64,000 bases of DNA from Verrucomicrobiales bacterium (lineage in GTDB: Bacteria; Verrucomicrobiota; Verrucomicrobiia; Limisphaerales; CANJXF01), in assembly GCA_947478865.1 (NCBI GenBank), contig CANJXF010000005.1, positions 9,846 through 73,845 on the forward strand, in the 5' to 3' direction. Position 1 is the stretch's first letter, and the number at the start of each line of letters is the position of its first letter. Shown here piece after piece: positions 51,434 to 61,229 of this stretch. The translations under genes and the position numbers were made by a program. Under the pieces are notes generated by a model. That model made no database searches and was not told the DNA's origin. It saw only the letters and a program-made list of their open reading frames with translations.

Positions 51434-52306
51434 ATGAATTACTTGCGCCTGCTCGATGCCGCCATCGGCCATCTGGAAGATTTGAAGAGCCAGGGCAAAA
51501 CTTACCTCAACATCGCGCCCGAAACGCTGCTGGCCCTCCAGCAGCCGATTCGGGTTAAAGTTCAGGTGGCGTCGTGGGAAATAAAGGCCGAGGAGCCGCT
51601 GACCACAGCGACGTTAACTCAGCAGCGGGAAAAAACGCTGGCGGCTCGTCCTCAGACCCAGCCAGATTCGCCACATAACGGAAGCAGGAAGAAAACCGCA
51701 ATAGCTGAGCTGATGGAACGAGCGGCGGTTTGCCTGAAATGTCCGAATCTCGCCAGCTCGCGAAAGAATGTGGTGTTCGGGATGGGCGATATAGAGTCAC
51801 CTTTGATGTTCGTAGGTGAGGCCCCGGGTGCCGACGAAGATGCGCAAGGCGAACCGTTCGTTGGCAAAGCAGGCGAACTTTTGACCCGAATCATCAAAAC
51901 GATGGGATTCGACCGCAACAGCGTTTACATCGCGAACGTTTTGAAATGCCGCCCGGACACGCCCGGACAGACCGCAGGGAATCGCAAGCCCACCACGGAC
52001 GAAATGAAAACCTGTCTCCCTTATTTGCTCGAGCAAATTGATCTGATCAAACCGAGAGTCATCGTCGCGCTGGGCGCGACGGCGGTGGAGGGTTTGTTCG
52101 GAAAACCGATGCCGATAACGAAGCTTCGCGGCAATTGGCAGACGTTCCGAAACACGCCTGTGATGCCGACCTTTCATCCGGCCTACCTGTTGCGTAATCA
52201 AGCCCTCAGCGAAAAACGGAAAGTCTGGGAAGACATGCTGCAGGTTTTGGAAAAGCTGGGCGCACCGATTTCAGAAAAGCAAAAGGGCTTTTTCCAGCAA
52301 TCTTAA
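51434..52306 (+). CDS. family 4 uracil-DNA glycosylase with an N-terminal extension
   Basis: It has the motif GEAPGADEDAQGEPFVGKAGELL, a C-terminal HPAYLLRN and CxxC-type cysteines (CLKCPNL). Confidence 0.85.
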   Translation: MNYLRLLDAAIGHLEDLKSQGKTYLNIAPETLLALQQPIRVKVQVASWEIKAEEPLTTATLTQQREKTLAARPQTQPDSPHNGSRKKTAIAELMERAAVCLKCPNLASSRKNVVFGMGDIESPLMFVGEAPGADEDAQGEPFVGKAGELLTRIIKTMGFDRNSVYIANVLKCRPDTPGQTAGNRKPTTDEMKTCLPYLLEQIDLIKPRVIVALGATAVEGLFGKPMPITKLRGNWQTFRNTPVMPTFHPAYLLRNQALSEKRKVWEDMLQVLEKLGAPISEKQKGFFQQS

Positions 52307-52355
52307 AAGGTCGTTTTCCCTTTCGCACCCGTTAGCCACCTGTTACAAACCGCGC

Positions 52356-53171
52356 ATGGCAGCAAAGCTAACGATTGGTTTCCTCGGCGCTGGTAAAATG
52401 GCGACCGCTCTCGCAAAAGGTTTTATTCAAGCCGGTCTGACCACGCCGAAACACATCATCGCCAGCGATCCAGTCGAAGGAGCGCGTAAATATTTTGCCG
52501 ATGAAACCGGTGCAAAAACGACTCAGTCGAACGAAGAAGTGATGCGATTCTCCAAGGTTCTCGTGCTCGCAGTGAAGCCGGGAAACGTCGCGGAATTGCT
52601 CCAGGAAATTGGCGGAAACTTCACGGAAAAACATTTGCTTGTCTCCATCGCGGCCGGTGTGCCACTCGCGAAACTCGAAACAGGTTTGGGCAAACAGGCC
52701 CGCGTTATTCGGGTGATGCCCAACACCCCCGCGCTCGTCGGTTCCTCTGCAACTGCCTTTGCCATGGGAAAAGCAGCCAGCGCGGAGGACGCGGTTCTAG
52801 CGCAAAAGCTATTCTCCGCTGTCGGTATCGCGTTCCAGTTGAAAGAAGCCTTACTCGACGCGGTGACGGGATTAAGCGGCAGCGGACCGGCTTACATTTA
52901 TCTGATGATCGAGGCGCTGAGCGACGGCGGCGTGGCGTCAGGATTGCCACGTGATGTTGCAACAAAGCTGGCCGCGCAAACGGTTTTAGGCAGCGCGCAA
53001 ATGGTTTTGCAAACCGGCCAACATCCCGGCGTTTTGAAAGACATGGTGACAAGTCCTGGCGGCACCACGATTGAAGGTCTGCACGAATTGGAAAAAGGAA
53101 AAGTGCGCGGCAGCATCATGAACGCGGTTCGCGCAGCGACGGAAAAGTCCAAAAAGCTCGGTCAAGGTTAA
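52356..53171 (+). CDS. proC: pyrroline-5-carboxylate reductase
   Basis: It contains IGFLGAGKMATALAKG, VMPNTPALVG, GSGPAYIYLMIEAL and SPGGTTIEG. Confidence 0.93.
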   Translation: MAAKLTIGFLGAGKMATALAKGFIQAGLTTPKHIIASDPVEGARKYFADETGAKTTQSNEEVMRFSKVLVLAVKPGNVAELLQEIGGNFTEKHLLVSIAAGVPLAKLETGLGKQARVIRVMPNTPALVGSSATAFAMGKAASAEDAVLAQKLFSAVGIAFQLKEALLDAVTGLSGSGPAYIYLMIEALSDGGVASGLPRDVATKLAAQTVLGSAQMVLQTGQHPGVLKDMVTSPGGTTIEGLHELEKGKVRGSIMNAVRAATEKSKKLGQG

Positions 53172-53172
53172 C

Positions 53173-54234
53173 ATGGCTCTACCCCCGCCATCCGAGAAGC
53201 AGTCGCGAGTGATTTGGTTTTCCCTCACGGCGCTCGCTGTCGTAACGGTGATCGGTCTTGGCGGACTGATCGCGTGGGGTTTCGGCTGGCTGGCGAACAA
53301 ATTGGCTTCAGTCATTTTCCCGTTGGCAATGGCCGGCGTTTTCGCTTATTTGCTCGATCCGGTAGTGGATTTTTTGGAGCACCGCAAAGTTCCGCGAACG
53401 CGAGCCATCCTGCTGGTTTTCTTCGCCGCGATCATGGTAATTGTAATTTTGCTGTCGACGGTGGTGCCGCAGTTGATTGTCGAAATCAAAAGTCTGGTGC
53501 AACAAACGCCCGAATATGCCGAGCGGTTGCGCCTTTACGTGACGGATAAACTGACAAACTGGCTGACAGCCGCCGCTCCAATCGTGAGTGGATGGTTCCT
53601 CGTGCAACTGCAACGCGCGGCGTCGTGGGTAGGATTCCTGATCGGGCTGGCGCTGGTGCCGGTTTATCTTTTCTATTTTCTCCAGGAGAAATCCGGCATC
53701 CAGCGTAACTGGACCGATTATCTGCCGCTCAACGAATCGAAAGTGAAACAGGAAGCCATATTTGTCCTCACCTCCATCAACGATGCGCTGATTGTTTTCT
53801 TCCGCGGACAAGTCCTGGTCGCGCTTTGCACCGGCACGATGTTGACCATCGCCTTCTCCATTCTTGGATTGAACTACGCCATCCTGCTCGGAGCAGTGGC
53901 GGCGATCCTTGGCATCATGCCTTACATCGGTTCGATCACCTGCCTGGTGATGGCGCTCATTTTATCCGCAGTGCAATTTGGAGATTGGCTTCATCCGCTA
54001 CTCGTCCTCGCCATTTTTGGTGTCGTGCAGCTGATTGAAGGATTCGTTATTTCGCCCAAAATCATCGGCGACCGCGTAGGGCTGCATCCGCTCACGATCA
54101 TCGTGGCCGTGCTGGTGGGAACGACTTTGATGGGCGGGATTCTCGGCGGCGTGCTGGCGATTCCGCTGACGGCGGCGTTGCGGACTCTGATGTTTCGCTA
54201 CGTCTGGAAGAAACCCTCTGACTCAACGAATTAA
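53173..54234 (+). CDS. AI-2E family transporter (PerM/UPF0118)
   Basis: The 353-aa polytopic membrane protein contains PYIGSI, ISPKIIGDRVGLHPL and GGILGGVLAIPL, which are typical blocks. Confidence 0.85.
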   Translation: MALPPPSEKQSRVIWFSLTALAVVTVIGLGGLIAWGFGWLANKLASVIFPLAMAGVFAYLLDPVVDFLEHRKVPRTRAILLVFFAAIMVIVILLSTVVPQLIVEIKSLVQQTPEYAERLRLYVTDKLTNWLTAAAPIVSGWFLVQLQRAASWVGFLIGLALVPVYLFYFLQEKSGIQRNWTDYLPLNESKVKQEAIFVLTSINDALIVFFRGQVLVALCTGTMLTIAFSILGLNYAILLGAVAAILGIMPYIGSITCLVMALILSAVQFGDWLHPLLVLAIFGVVQLIEGFVISPKIIGDRVGLHPLTIIVAVLVGTTLMGGILGGVLAIPLTAALRTLMFRYVWKKPSDSTN

Positions 54235-54792
54235 CAGCTGGCGGACATCCACCGCATCCATCCCAGCGGCACGAATGGCCTGCATTCCTAAGTCGGTATC
54301 CTCATAGGCGCGGCAGAATTGCGGCGGCACTCCGATGAGGCGCGCGGCTTCCAAGAAAATATCAGGCGCAGGTTTCTGATTCTCCACCATCTCGCTCGTG
54401 ACAACGGCGTCGAACAGGTGACGAATTTTTAAATGCTCGAGCACTTGGCAAACAATGATTTGCGTGCCGCCAGACGCCACGGCCATCGGGATTTTGCCGT
54501 GATTAGCCCGTGCTACCTCGACAACGGCGTGAATCGGCTCTACCTCGGCCATCAGTGGCAAATAAGCATTTTCCTTTTCGTGTGAGACGGCGACGTGATC
54601 TATGGAAACGCCTTGCTCCTCACTGAGCATCTTTAAAATGTCGCGAGAAGGAACACCGCCGAGCGCGTAAAAACGATCTTCGGGGAAGTGGAGTTTGTGT
54701 CGTTGGGCAATGACCTGCCACGCGCGCCAGTGCAAGGGCATGGTGTCAGCCAGTGTCCCGTCGCAATCAAAAACGATTCCTTTGATTTCCAT
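54223..54792 (-). CDS. HAD-superfamily hydrolase (beta-phosphoglucomutase-like subfamily IA)
   Basis: Motif I is VFDCDGTLADT, motif II is ASGG, and motif III/IV is KPAPDIFL...YEDTDLG. Confidence 0.85.
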   Translation of the reverse strand: MEIKGIVFDCDGTLADTMPLHWRAWQVIAQRHKLHFPEDRFYALGGVPSRDILKMLSEEQGVSIDHVAVSHEKENAYLPLMAEVEPIHAVVEVARANHGKIPMAVASGGTQIIVCQVLEHLKIRHLFDAVVTSEMVENQKPAPDIFLEAARLIGVPPQFCRAYEDTDLGMQAIRAAGMDAVDVRQLLIR

Positions 54793-54811
54793 ATTTCTAA
54801 AATTTACCCGT

Positions 54812-55891
54812 TTAATTTTTCAAAGCGGCGAGTTTCTCATTGAGATCGTTCGCCATGAGCGGCTCAATGATACAATCGATGTCACCTTCAATAAAGGTCG
54901 GCAAATTATAAAGCGTCATCTCGATGCGGTGATCGGTCACGCGATTCTGCGGGAAATTATAGGTTCGGATCCGCTCGCTGCGTTCGCCCGTCCCAACTTG
55001 TTCCTTGCGATGCGCGGCGTACTTCGCGTTTTCTTCCGCGATTTTTCTCTCCAGCAATCGCGAGCGCAGGACGGTCATCGCCTGGATTTTATTCTTCTGC
55101 TGGGAACGTTGATCTGCGCAGCGCACAATGGTTCCGCTGGGCTTGTGGATGATCTGCACCGCGGAATCGGTTGTATTGACGCCTTGACCGCCTTTACCCG
55201 ACGCCCGGCAGACGTTGATTTCCAATTCCTCCGGTTTGATCTCCAGATCGACTTCTTGTGCCTCGGGCAAAACGGCTACAGTGCAGGTGCTCGTATGAAT
55301 ACGCCCCTGCGCTTCGGTCGCCGGAACGCGCTGCACGCGATGGACGCCGCTCTCGTATTTCATTCGCTTAAAAATATTTTCGCCGGTCACGTGGAAAATG
55401 ATCTCCTTGAACCCGCCCAGATCTGATGGGCTGCTGTCCATCGTCTCCACTTTCCAGCCCTGGGTTTCAGCGTAACGGGTGTACATCCGGTAGAGGTCTG
55501 CTGAAAACAACGCCGATTCCGACCCGCCCGCACCAGCGCGAATTTCTATGATGGTGTTGCGCGAATCCGAAGGATCGTTCGGCACAATTCCTTTGTAAAC
55601 TTCGAGGGCCAAACGTTTTTCATCGGCTTCCAGGCGCGCGACTTCTTCTTTAGCCATCGCGTATAGTTCGGAGTCAGAGGTCTCGCTGGAAAGCAGGTCT
55701 CGGTTTTCCTCAAGGTCAGCCACGGTTTTCAAATAGGCTTTTCCTTGCGCCACCAGTTCGCGCAAACCAGCGTATTCTCGCGCCATGTCTTGAGCGCGCT
55801 GCGGGTTTTCAAAAACTTTCGGGTCGCTTAATGCGGCTTCAATTTCCGCAAAGCGGTGGGAAAATTTTTCGATGTGCGGGCGTAAATCCAT
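54812..55891 (-). CDS. prfA: peptide chain release factor 1
   Basis: It has the PAT tripeptide anticodon (RVPATEAQGRIHTS) and the GGQ motif (SGKGGQGVNTTDSAV). Confidence 0.97.
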   Translation of the reverse strand: MDLRPHIEKFSHRFAEIEAALSDPKVFENPQRAQDMAREYAGLRELVAQGKAYLKTVADLEENRDLLSSETSDSELYAMAKEEVARLEADEKRLALEVYKGIVPNDPSDSRNTIIEIRAGAGGSESALFSADLYRMYTRYAETQGWKVETMDSSPSDLGGFKEIIFHVTGENIFKRMKYESGVHRVQRVPATEAQGRIHTSTCTVAVLPEAQEVDLEIKPEELEINVCRASGKGGQGVNTTDSAVQIIHKPSGTIVRCADQRSQQKNKIQAMTVLRSRLLERKIAEENAKYAAHRKEQVGTGERSERIRTYNFPQNRVTDHRIEMTLYNLPTFIEGDIDCIIEPLMANDLNEKLAALKN

Positions 55892-55957
55892 GCGAATTAA
55901 CGAAGATCTTTAAAGCTTTGGCAGAACGGAAAATTCAACTACGGGCTGCTGGTCGGG

Positions 55958-56001
55958 AAAAAAACAACCGCCCGCCAGAGAGAAATCTCGAGCGGGCGGT
56001 T
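55958..56001 (-). terminator. rho-independent terminator after rpmE
   Basis: On the minus strand, the 10-bp stem aaccgcccgc ... gcgggcggtt is followed by gttttttt. Confidence 0.7.
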
Positions 56002-56015
56002 TGGGGGAAAAGCAG

Positions 56016-56258
56016 CTATTTCTTCTTTTTCTTCGTCGCGGCGGCGGCCTGAGCAGCAGCTGTCTTGGCCATGCGTTGTTGGAATTTATCCACGCGGCCA
56101 GCGGTATCGACAAATTTTTGGGTGCCTGTGTAAAACGGGTGGCAGGCGTTGCAAATCCCGATGATCACAGTCGGTTTGATCGAGCGGGTCTTGATCACGT
56201 TGCCGCAGGCGCAGCGAATTTCGGACTCCAAATATTTCGGATGAGTATCAGCTTTCAT
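56016..56258 (-). CDS. rpmE: 50S ribosomal protein L31 (zinc-binding type) with a Lys/Ala-rich tail
   Basis: This is ORF 56016..56300, with the start at ATG 56258: [20 protein letters not shown]...[24 protein letters not shown]. Confidence 0.93.
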   Translation of the reverse strand: MKADTHPKYLESEIRCACGNVIKTRSIKPTVIIGICNACHPFYTGTQKFVDTAGRVDKFQQRMAKTAAAQAAAATKKKKK

Positions 56259-56334
56259 AACAAAGAGGCGAGAACGTATCAGCGATAACGGTTTTGACAA
56301 GCGCTATTTTGAGAATCCAGCCGGGCAAAAATGG

Positions 56335-56955
56335 CTATTCTGTCGGCGCCGGAATGAAAATCTTCTGCCCGATTTTCAAACGGTTCCAGTCCACCGTCGG
56401 GTTTGCGGCCATGACCTGTTTCTGCGTGATCGTCTTCATCCCCTTTTCTTTAAAAGCCGCATTATAGTCGCTGACGATCAAGCTGAGCGATTGTCCGGAT
56501 TTGACGACGTGCGGGTAACCTTTGTCTGAAACGGGTGGTGCGTCTGGCGTGACAACCGTCTTCGGAGGAGCCGACCGGCTTGAGGGAGGCGGGACGCTGA
56601 GGGATTTGGCTACTTTGGCTATCTCCTCCAAAATCTTCTGTTTATCGGAGGCGCGGTTCTTATCTACTTCCTGGATGGCGTCGGCGAGTTTTTTCAAGTT
56701 CTCACTCGTATTGTTGTTGGCGCTGCGAGCCTGTTCCATGCTGACCTTTTGCAATTCGGACTCAAGGGCGGAAACTTTTTTCTGAAGGGCCAGATTCGCG
56801 GCGTGCAAACTTTCGACATCGGCGCTCATACGCTTGTAACGCTCTTCCGCCTCTTGTTTTTCGGCAATGCCTGCGGCGCTGGTCGCATCCTGACCGAAGA
56901 GCGGGTTCTGGAAAAGGACGGCGGCTAAAAGGAGAAAAACAAAAAGCTGTTTCAT
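56335..56955 (-). CDS. secreted coiled-coil protein with a C-terminal LysM domain
   Basis: This is ORF 56335..57090, with the likely start at ATG 56955 (signal MKQLFVFLLLAAVLF). It has a coiled-coil segment, a Pro-rich linker, then a LysM-like block, HVVKSGQSLSLIVSDYN...NRLKIGQKIFIP. Confidence 0.7.
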   Translation of the reverse strand: MKQLFVFLLLAAVLFQNPLFGQDATSAAGIAEKQEAEERYKRMSADVESLHAANLALQKKVSALESELQKVSMEQARSANNNTSENLKKLADAIQEVDKNRASDKQKILEEIAKVAKSLSVPPPSSRSAPPKTVVTPDAPPVSDKGYPHVVKSGQSLSLIVSDYNAAFKEKGMKTITQKQVMAANPTVDWNRLKIGQKIFIPAPTE

Positions 56956-57066
56956 GTGCTGAAAATAGGAGCACTGGATTTTTTCTTCAAGATTCGAGTG
57001 AGTGAAATGAGTGAAAATGAGCACTTTTAACTTTTGCAGGGAAGTGGTGGCGCATAGCTTTTTCGC

Positions 57067-57927
57067 GTGACGGTCCTGGAAGTCATCCAACGCAGCGCCG
57101 AGTTCCTGGCCAAAAAGGGAGTAGAGTCGCCGAGATTACAAATCGAGCTGCTGCTGGCGCATTTGCTCAAGATTCAGCGCATGCAGCTCTATCTGAATTT
57201 TGAGCGGGTGCTGACAGAAGCCGAGTTGGAAAAACTCCGGGAACTGGTCAAACGCCGGGCGCAACGGGAACCGCTTCAACACATCGTCGGCAGCACCAAT
57301 TTTTGCGGGCTGGAATTCCTGGTGAATCGCCAGGTGCTGATACCGCGTCCGGAAACCGAATTGCTCGCGGAGCGAGCCTGGAAATTTTTGCATGATCGGG
57401 GTGAAGTAAACGCAAATCCGTCCGCTCTCGATTTCGGATCGGGCAGCGGCTGCCTAGCCATAACCTTGGCCGTGAAATGTCCCGCGGCGAAGGTTTATGC
57501 CTTGGATATTTCCGCTGAAGCTCTGGCCGTCGCCCGAGAAAACGCCGCAAAAAATAAAGTTCTGGAGCGAATCGAGTTTCACCACGGCAACGGTTTCAGT
57601 GTCCTGAGTGCCGGCGGTAAATTCGATTTGATCGTTTCTAATCCGCCCTATATCGCCACCGACGAAATCGCGACACTGGAAGCTGAGGTGCGAGATTATG
57701 ACCCGAAACTGGCGCTCGATGGCGGAGCGGATGGCTTGGGATTCTATCGCATTCTTGCCCAAGAGGCGGCGGGCTACCTCGCGGCGAGCGGGAAAATCAT
57801 GCTGGAATTCGGTGAAGGACAGGCGGATTTGATCAAAGAAATTTTTCAAAAGCAAAAGTGGATTGTAGAAGCGGTGGAGCCTGATTACTCTCAACGCCTC
57901 AGATTTTTAATTGCGCGGCGCGCGTGA
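57067..57927 (+). CDS. prmC: release factor glutamine N5-methyltransferase
   Basis: It uses a GTG start. It has the SAM motif LDFGSGSGCLAI and the NPPY motif IVSNPPYI. It sits in a divergent neighbourhood with prfA. Confidence 0.9.
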   Translation: MTVLEVIQRSAEFLAKKGVESPRLQIELLLAHLLKIQRMQLYLNFERVLTEAELEKLRELVKRRAQREPLQHIVGSTNFCGLEFLVNRQVLIPRPETELLAERAWKFLHDRGEVNANPSALDFGSGSGCLAITLAVKCPAAKVYALDISAEALAVARENAAKNKVLERIEFHHGNGFSVLSAGGKFDLIVSNPPYIATDEIATLEAEVRDYDPKLALDGGADGLGFYRILAQEAAGYLAASGKIMLEFGEGQADLIKEIFQKQKWIVEAVEPDYSQRLRFLIARRA

Positions 57928-57952
57928 GCCGCAACTGGAAGAAAACAATTTA

Positions 57953-59215
57953 ATGGACAGTTTACTCATCAAAGGCGGCGTTCCGTTGAACGGCGATGTT
58001 ACGATCAGCGGCGCAAAAAATGCCGTCCTACCCATCATGGCGGCGACGCTTTTGACGGCGGAACGGTGTGTGATCCGGAGGGTTCCGGATCTTAGCGACG
58101 TCAAATTCATGGCGCAAATTCTCACCTCGCTGGGTGCCGAAGTGAAACTGGAGGGCGACACATTCACGGTCTGCGCGGCGAAAATCAATCCGGTGGGCGA
58201 TTACGATTTGATCCGAAAAATGCGCGGCTCGATTTGCATCATGGGCCCGCTGCTGGGGCGGTTGCGCAAGGCGACGGTTTCCTTGCCCGGCGGTTGCGTG
58301 ATTGGAGCGCGCCCGATTGATTTGCATCTTAAAGGATTTCAGGCGCTCGGAGCGAAAATTAAAATTGAAGCTGGATACGTTCACGCCACCGCGCCGAAGT
58401 TGAAGGGTGGGGATTTATTTCTCGGCGGCCGCGCCGGTCCAACCGTATTGGGCACGGCCAACATCATGATGGCGGCGTCGCTCGCCGAAGGGGTGACGAT
58501 CATCGAAAGCGCCGCATGCGAGCCGGAAGTGGTGGACGTTGCTAATTTTCTCAATGCGATGGGCGCCAAGATCGTCGGCGCAGGCAGCCCGACCGTGACG
58601 ATTACCGGCGTGAAGAAACTGCACGGCGCGGAGCACGAAGTCATTCCCGATCGTATTGAGGCCGCAACTTTCGCGATCGCGGCCGCTGCGACGAATGGCG
58701 AAGTGACCATTCATGGAGCGCGCGCCGATCATCTTCACGCAGTGCTGGATAAGCTGCGCGAAGCTGGAGTGAAGATCGAGCGCAATGGGGCTTCGATCAA
58801 AGTGAAGCGCAACGGCAAGTTGAAACCAGTTGATATTACTACGCTGCCTTACTCCGGTTTTCCGACCGATGTGCAAGCGCAAATGATGGTGCTCATGGCG
58901 CTGACCCCGGGCATCAGCATTATCACCGAACGAATTTTTGAATCGCGCTTCATGCACGTGAGCGAGTTGGCGCGGCTTGGCGCCGACATCGCCATTGAAG
59001 GTCCCAGCGCCATCATCAAGGGGGGCAAGCCATTGAGTGGGGCACCGGTCATGGCTAGTGATTTACGTGCGTCAGCGGCGCTGGTCATAGCCGGTCTGGC
59101 GGCACGCGGCAAAACTCAGGTAAACCGCGTCTATCATTTGGATCGCGGCTACGAGAAAATTGACGCAAAATTGCGCAAGCTCGGGGCGCGCATTGAACGA
59201 GTTCAGGAAACATGA
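57953..59215 (+). CDS. murA: UDP-N-acetylglucosamine 1-carboxyvinyltransferase
   Basis: This is ORF 57911..59215, with the likely start at ATG 57953: MDSLLIKGGVPLNGDVTISGAKNAVLPIMAATLL. It also has LPGGCVIGARPIDLHL and FPTDVQAQMM. Confidence 0.95.
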   Translation: MDSLLIKGGVPLNGDVTISGAKNAVLPIMAATLLTAERCVIRRVPDLSDVKFMAQILTSLGAEVKLEGDTFTVCAAKINPVGDYDLIRKMRGSICIMGPLLGRLRKATVSLPGGCVIGARPIDLHLKGFQALGAKIKIEAGYVHATAPKLKGGDLFLGGRAGPTVLGTANIMMAASLAEGVTIIESAACEPEVVDVANFLNAMGAKIVGAGSPTVTITGVKKLHGAEHEVIPDRIEAATFAIAAAATNGEVTIHGARADHLHAVLDKLREAGVKIERNGASIKVKRNGKLKPVDITTLPYSGFPTDVQAQMMVLMALTPGISIITERIFESRFMHVSELARLGADIAIEGPSAIIKGGKPLSGAPVMASDLRASAALVIAGLAARGKTQVNRVYHLDRGYEKIDAKLRKLGARIERVQET

Positions 59216-59616
59216 AAGTAATAATCGCAATCGTAATCGTCGTTGGCGTCTGCATGGGGGTTTGGGAGATTTACACCTACTGGGAAGACGTCCAGCAGAA
59301 GAAACACGAAAAGGTCAAAGCCATCGAAGCTCAAGCCGACGCCGACCGCCAGTTGCCCGGGCTCGCCGCGAGTCTGGAAGGGCCGCTCGAAGCCGCACGC
59401 CGGCAGGGCGCCACTGGGCTGCGCCAGTTTTTGATCCGATACGGCCACACCATCAAAGATCCGCGTCTGGCTTCCATTGAATTGGATTTCGTTGTTCTCG
59501 TGGCCCGAGAAAACCCGGCAGAGGCGAAAACGGTTTTTGCGCGCGTCGAACAGCGAATTAATTCAGCTTCGCCGGTTTACAAGCGAGTGGAGCAGCTCGA
59601 AAAGACTTACAAGTGA
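59212..59616 (+). CDS. hypothetical N-terminally anchored protein
   Basis: It overlaps murA by ATGA. It has a single TM (VIIAIVIVVGVCMGVW) followed by an about 110-aa helical soluble part. I recognise no motif. Confidence 0.5.
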   Translation: MKVIIAIVIVVGVCMGVWEIYTYWEDVQQKKHEKVKAIEAQADADRQLPGLAASLEGPLEAARRQGATGLRQFLIRYGHTIKDPRLASIELDFVVLVARENPAEAKTVFARVEQRINSASPVYKRVEQLEKTYK

Positions 59617-59702
59617 GCGATCGCGAGCGAATCTTTCTGCTGGAGCTTTGGGACGTGAAGTTTTAATCTTCGATCACGACCAAAAATTAATCCCAAAAAA
59701 TT

Positions 59703-60176
59703 ATGGACCTGATTTTCAAATGTCCCCATTGCGAACAGGAACTCGCGGTCAATCCGTCGGGCGCTGGCTCACAGATCGAATGCCCGACGTGTAATCAAAC
59801 CATCACCATCCCGCAGCCGGAGCCTCAGAGCATCCGTTCGCTTAACCCGATTGCCTCATCCGCAGCGGCGAAAGAAGTGAAACATTTTAACGTCCCCGTC
59901 CGCACTGCGCCCACGGAAGTGCTCGTCAAGAACCCGGTCCGTACTCTCGATGTGCCAACCAAAGATGGCGAAAAGAAACTCCGCGTCCGAACGATCAAGC
60001 GAACGGAATGTCTCGAGGTCGGCCACGATCGGTTTGATGAAACGGTTTCCGATTTGTTGGGAAAGATTGGCCTGGACAACGTCGTGAGCGTGACGCCGAT
60101 TACCTACAGCCATTTCGATTTGAACTCGCGCCAAAACATGACCGATTACGGCGTGCTGGTGGTTTACAAAGGCTGA
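59703..60176 (+). CDS. hypothetical protein with an N-terminal CxxC-x16-CPxC zinc ribbon
   Basis: The sequence MDLIFKCPHCEQELAVNPSGAGSQIECPTCNQTITIP is followed by an about 115-aa domain of unknown function. Confidence 0.55.
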   Translation: MDLIFKCPHCEQELAVNPSGAGSQIECPTCNQTITIPQPEPQSIRSLNPIASSAAAKEVKHFNVPVRTAPTEVLVKNPVRTLDVPTKDGEKKLRVRTIKRTECLEVGHDRFDETVSDLLGKIGLDNVVSVTPITYSHFDLNSRQNMTDYGVLVVYKG

Positions 60177-60245
60177 GGGCCGTTTTGTTGGTGCAAAAGG
60201 CTGCTCGCCTTGACTTGAGTTTTGCCCTTCGTTACGGTGGCGAGC

Positions 60246-61229
60246 ATGAATCGTTGGTCTGTCCGCGCCATCTTATTGATCGTTTGTTTAGTTGCTTTTC
60301 CGTTTCGTTCTCCTGCTCCGTTGATCTTCAATAACAAAGAGGGATGGACTTATGAAACCCCCGGTTCGACCGAGGGAAAATGGCAGCGGGAGCGGGCCAA
60401 GGATCAACTCGAAGTCGCTCAAACTGCGCTCGATCATAATAATCCCAGTCTGGCGTTGAAAGCAGCCCGGCGCACCGTGAAAGTCTGGCCGCTCTCCGAT
60501 TACGCCCCGCAAGCTCAGTATCTCATTGGCCGTTGCTACGAAGCCAAAAAGAATGACGAAAAGGCGTTCAAGGCTTATCAGCAGGTCTTGGAGAAATATC
60601 CAAAAATTCCTAATTACCAGGAAATTTCAAAGCGGCAGTTCGAGATCGCCTCGCGCTTTCTTAACGGGCAAAGTTTCAAGATTTTCGGCTACATCCCATT
60701 CCTGCCCTCCATGGAAAAGACCGCTGACATGTATGCAAAAATCGTCCGAAATGGGCCTTACAGCGAGCTGGCTCCGCAGGCCCAGATGAACATCGGGGCG
60801 GCGCGCGAAAAACAATCGGAATACCCGCTGGCCGTCAAAGCGTATGAGCAGGCGGCGGATCGCTACAACGACCGCAAAGACATCGCCGCAGAAGCGCTCT
60901 ACAAAGCTGGAATGGCTTCCAACCGGCAGGCGAAAACCTCTGAATACGATCAAAGCGTGGCCGCCTCCGCGATCGGGACGTTCACCGATTTTATGGCGCT
61001 CTTTCCCAATGACCCGCGAACCGCCGAGGCACAAAAACTGATCTCCTCCTTGAAATCCGAGCAGGCGCGCGGCAGTTACCAGACCGCGAAGTTTTACGAA
61101 AAGAACAAGAAATGGGATGGCGCCTTGATCTATTACAACGAAGTTTTGCTCAAAGATCCCGAATCCCAAATCGCGATCGCCGCGCGCGAACGAATCGATT
61201 TGCTTAAAAAGCGAGTCGGCCAAAACTAA
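60246..61229 (+). CDS. bamD: BamD/YfiO-like TPR outer-membrane assembly protein
   Basis: This is ORF 60222..61229, with the likely start at ATG 60246 and a signal-like N-terminus. The TPR-type repeats (APQAQYLIGRCYEAKKNDEKAFKAYQQVLEKYP; APQAQMNIGAAREKQSEYPLAVKAYEQ; YQTAKFYEKNKKWDGALIYYNEVL) match the BamD layout. Confidence 0.65.
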   Translation: MNRWSVRAILLIVCLVAFPFRSPAPLIFNNKEGWTYETPGSTEGKWQRERAKDQLEVAQTALDHNNPSLALKAARRTVKVWPLSDYAPQAQYLIGRCYEAKKNDEKAFKAYQQVLEKYPKIPNYQEISKRQFEIASRFLNGQSFKIFGYIPFLPSMEKTADMYAKIVRNGPYSELAPQAQMNIGAAREKQSEYPLAVKAYEQAADRYNDRKDIAAEALYKAGMASNRQAKTSEYDQSVAASAIGTFTDFMALFPNDPRTAEAQKLISSLKSEQARGSYQTAKFYEKNKKWDGALIYYNEVLLKDPESQIAIAARERIDLLKKRVGQN

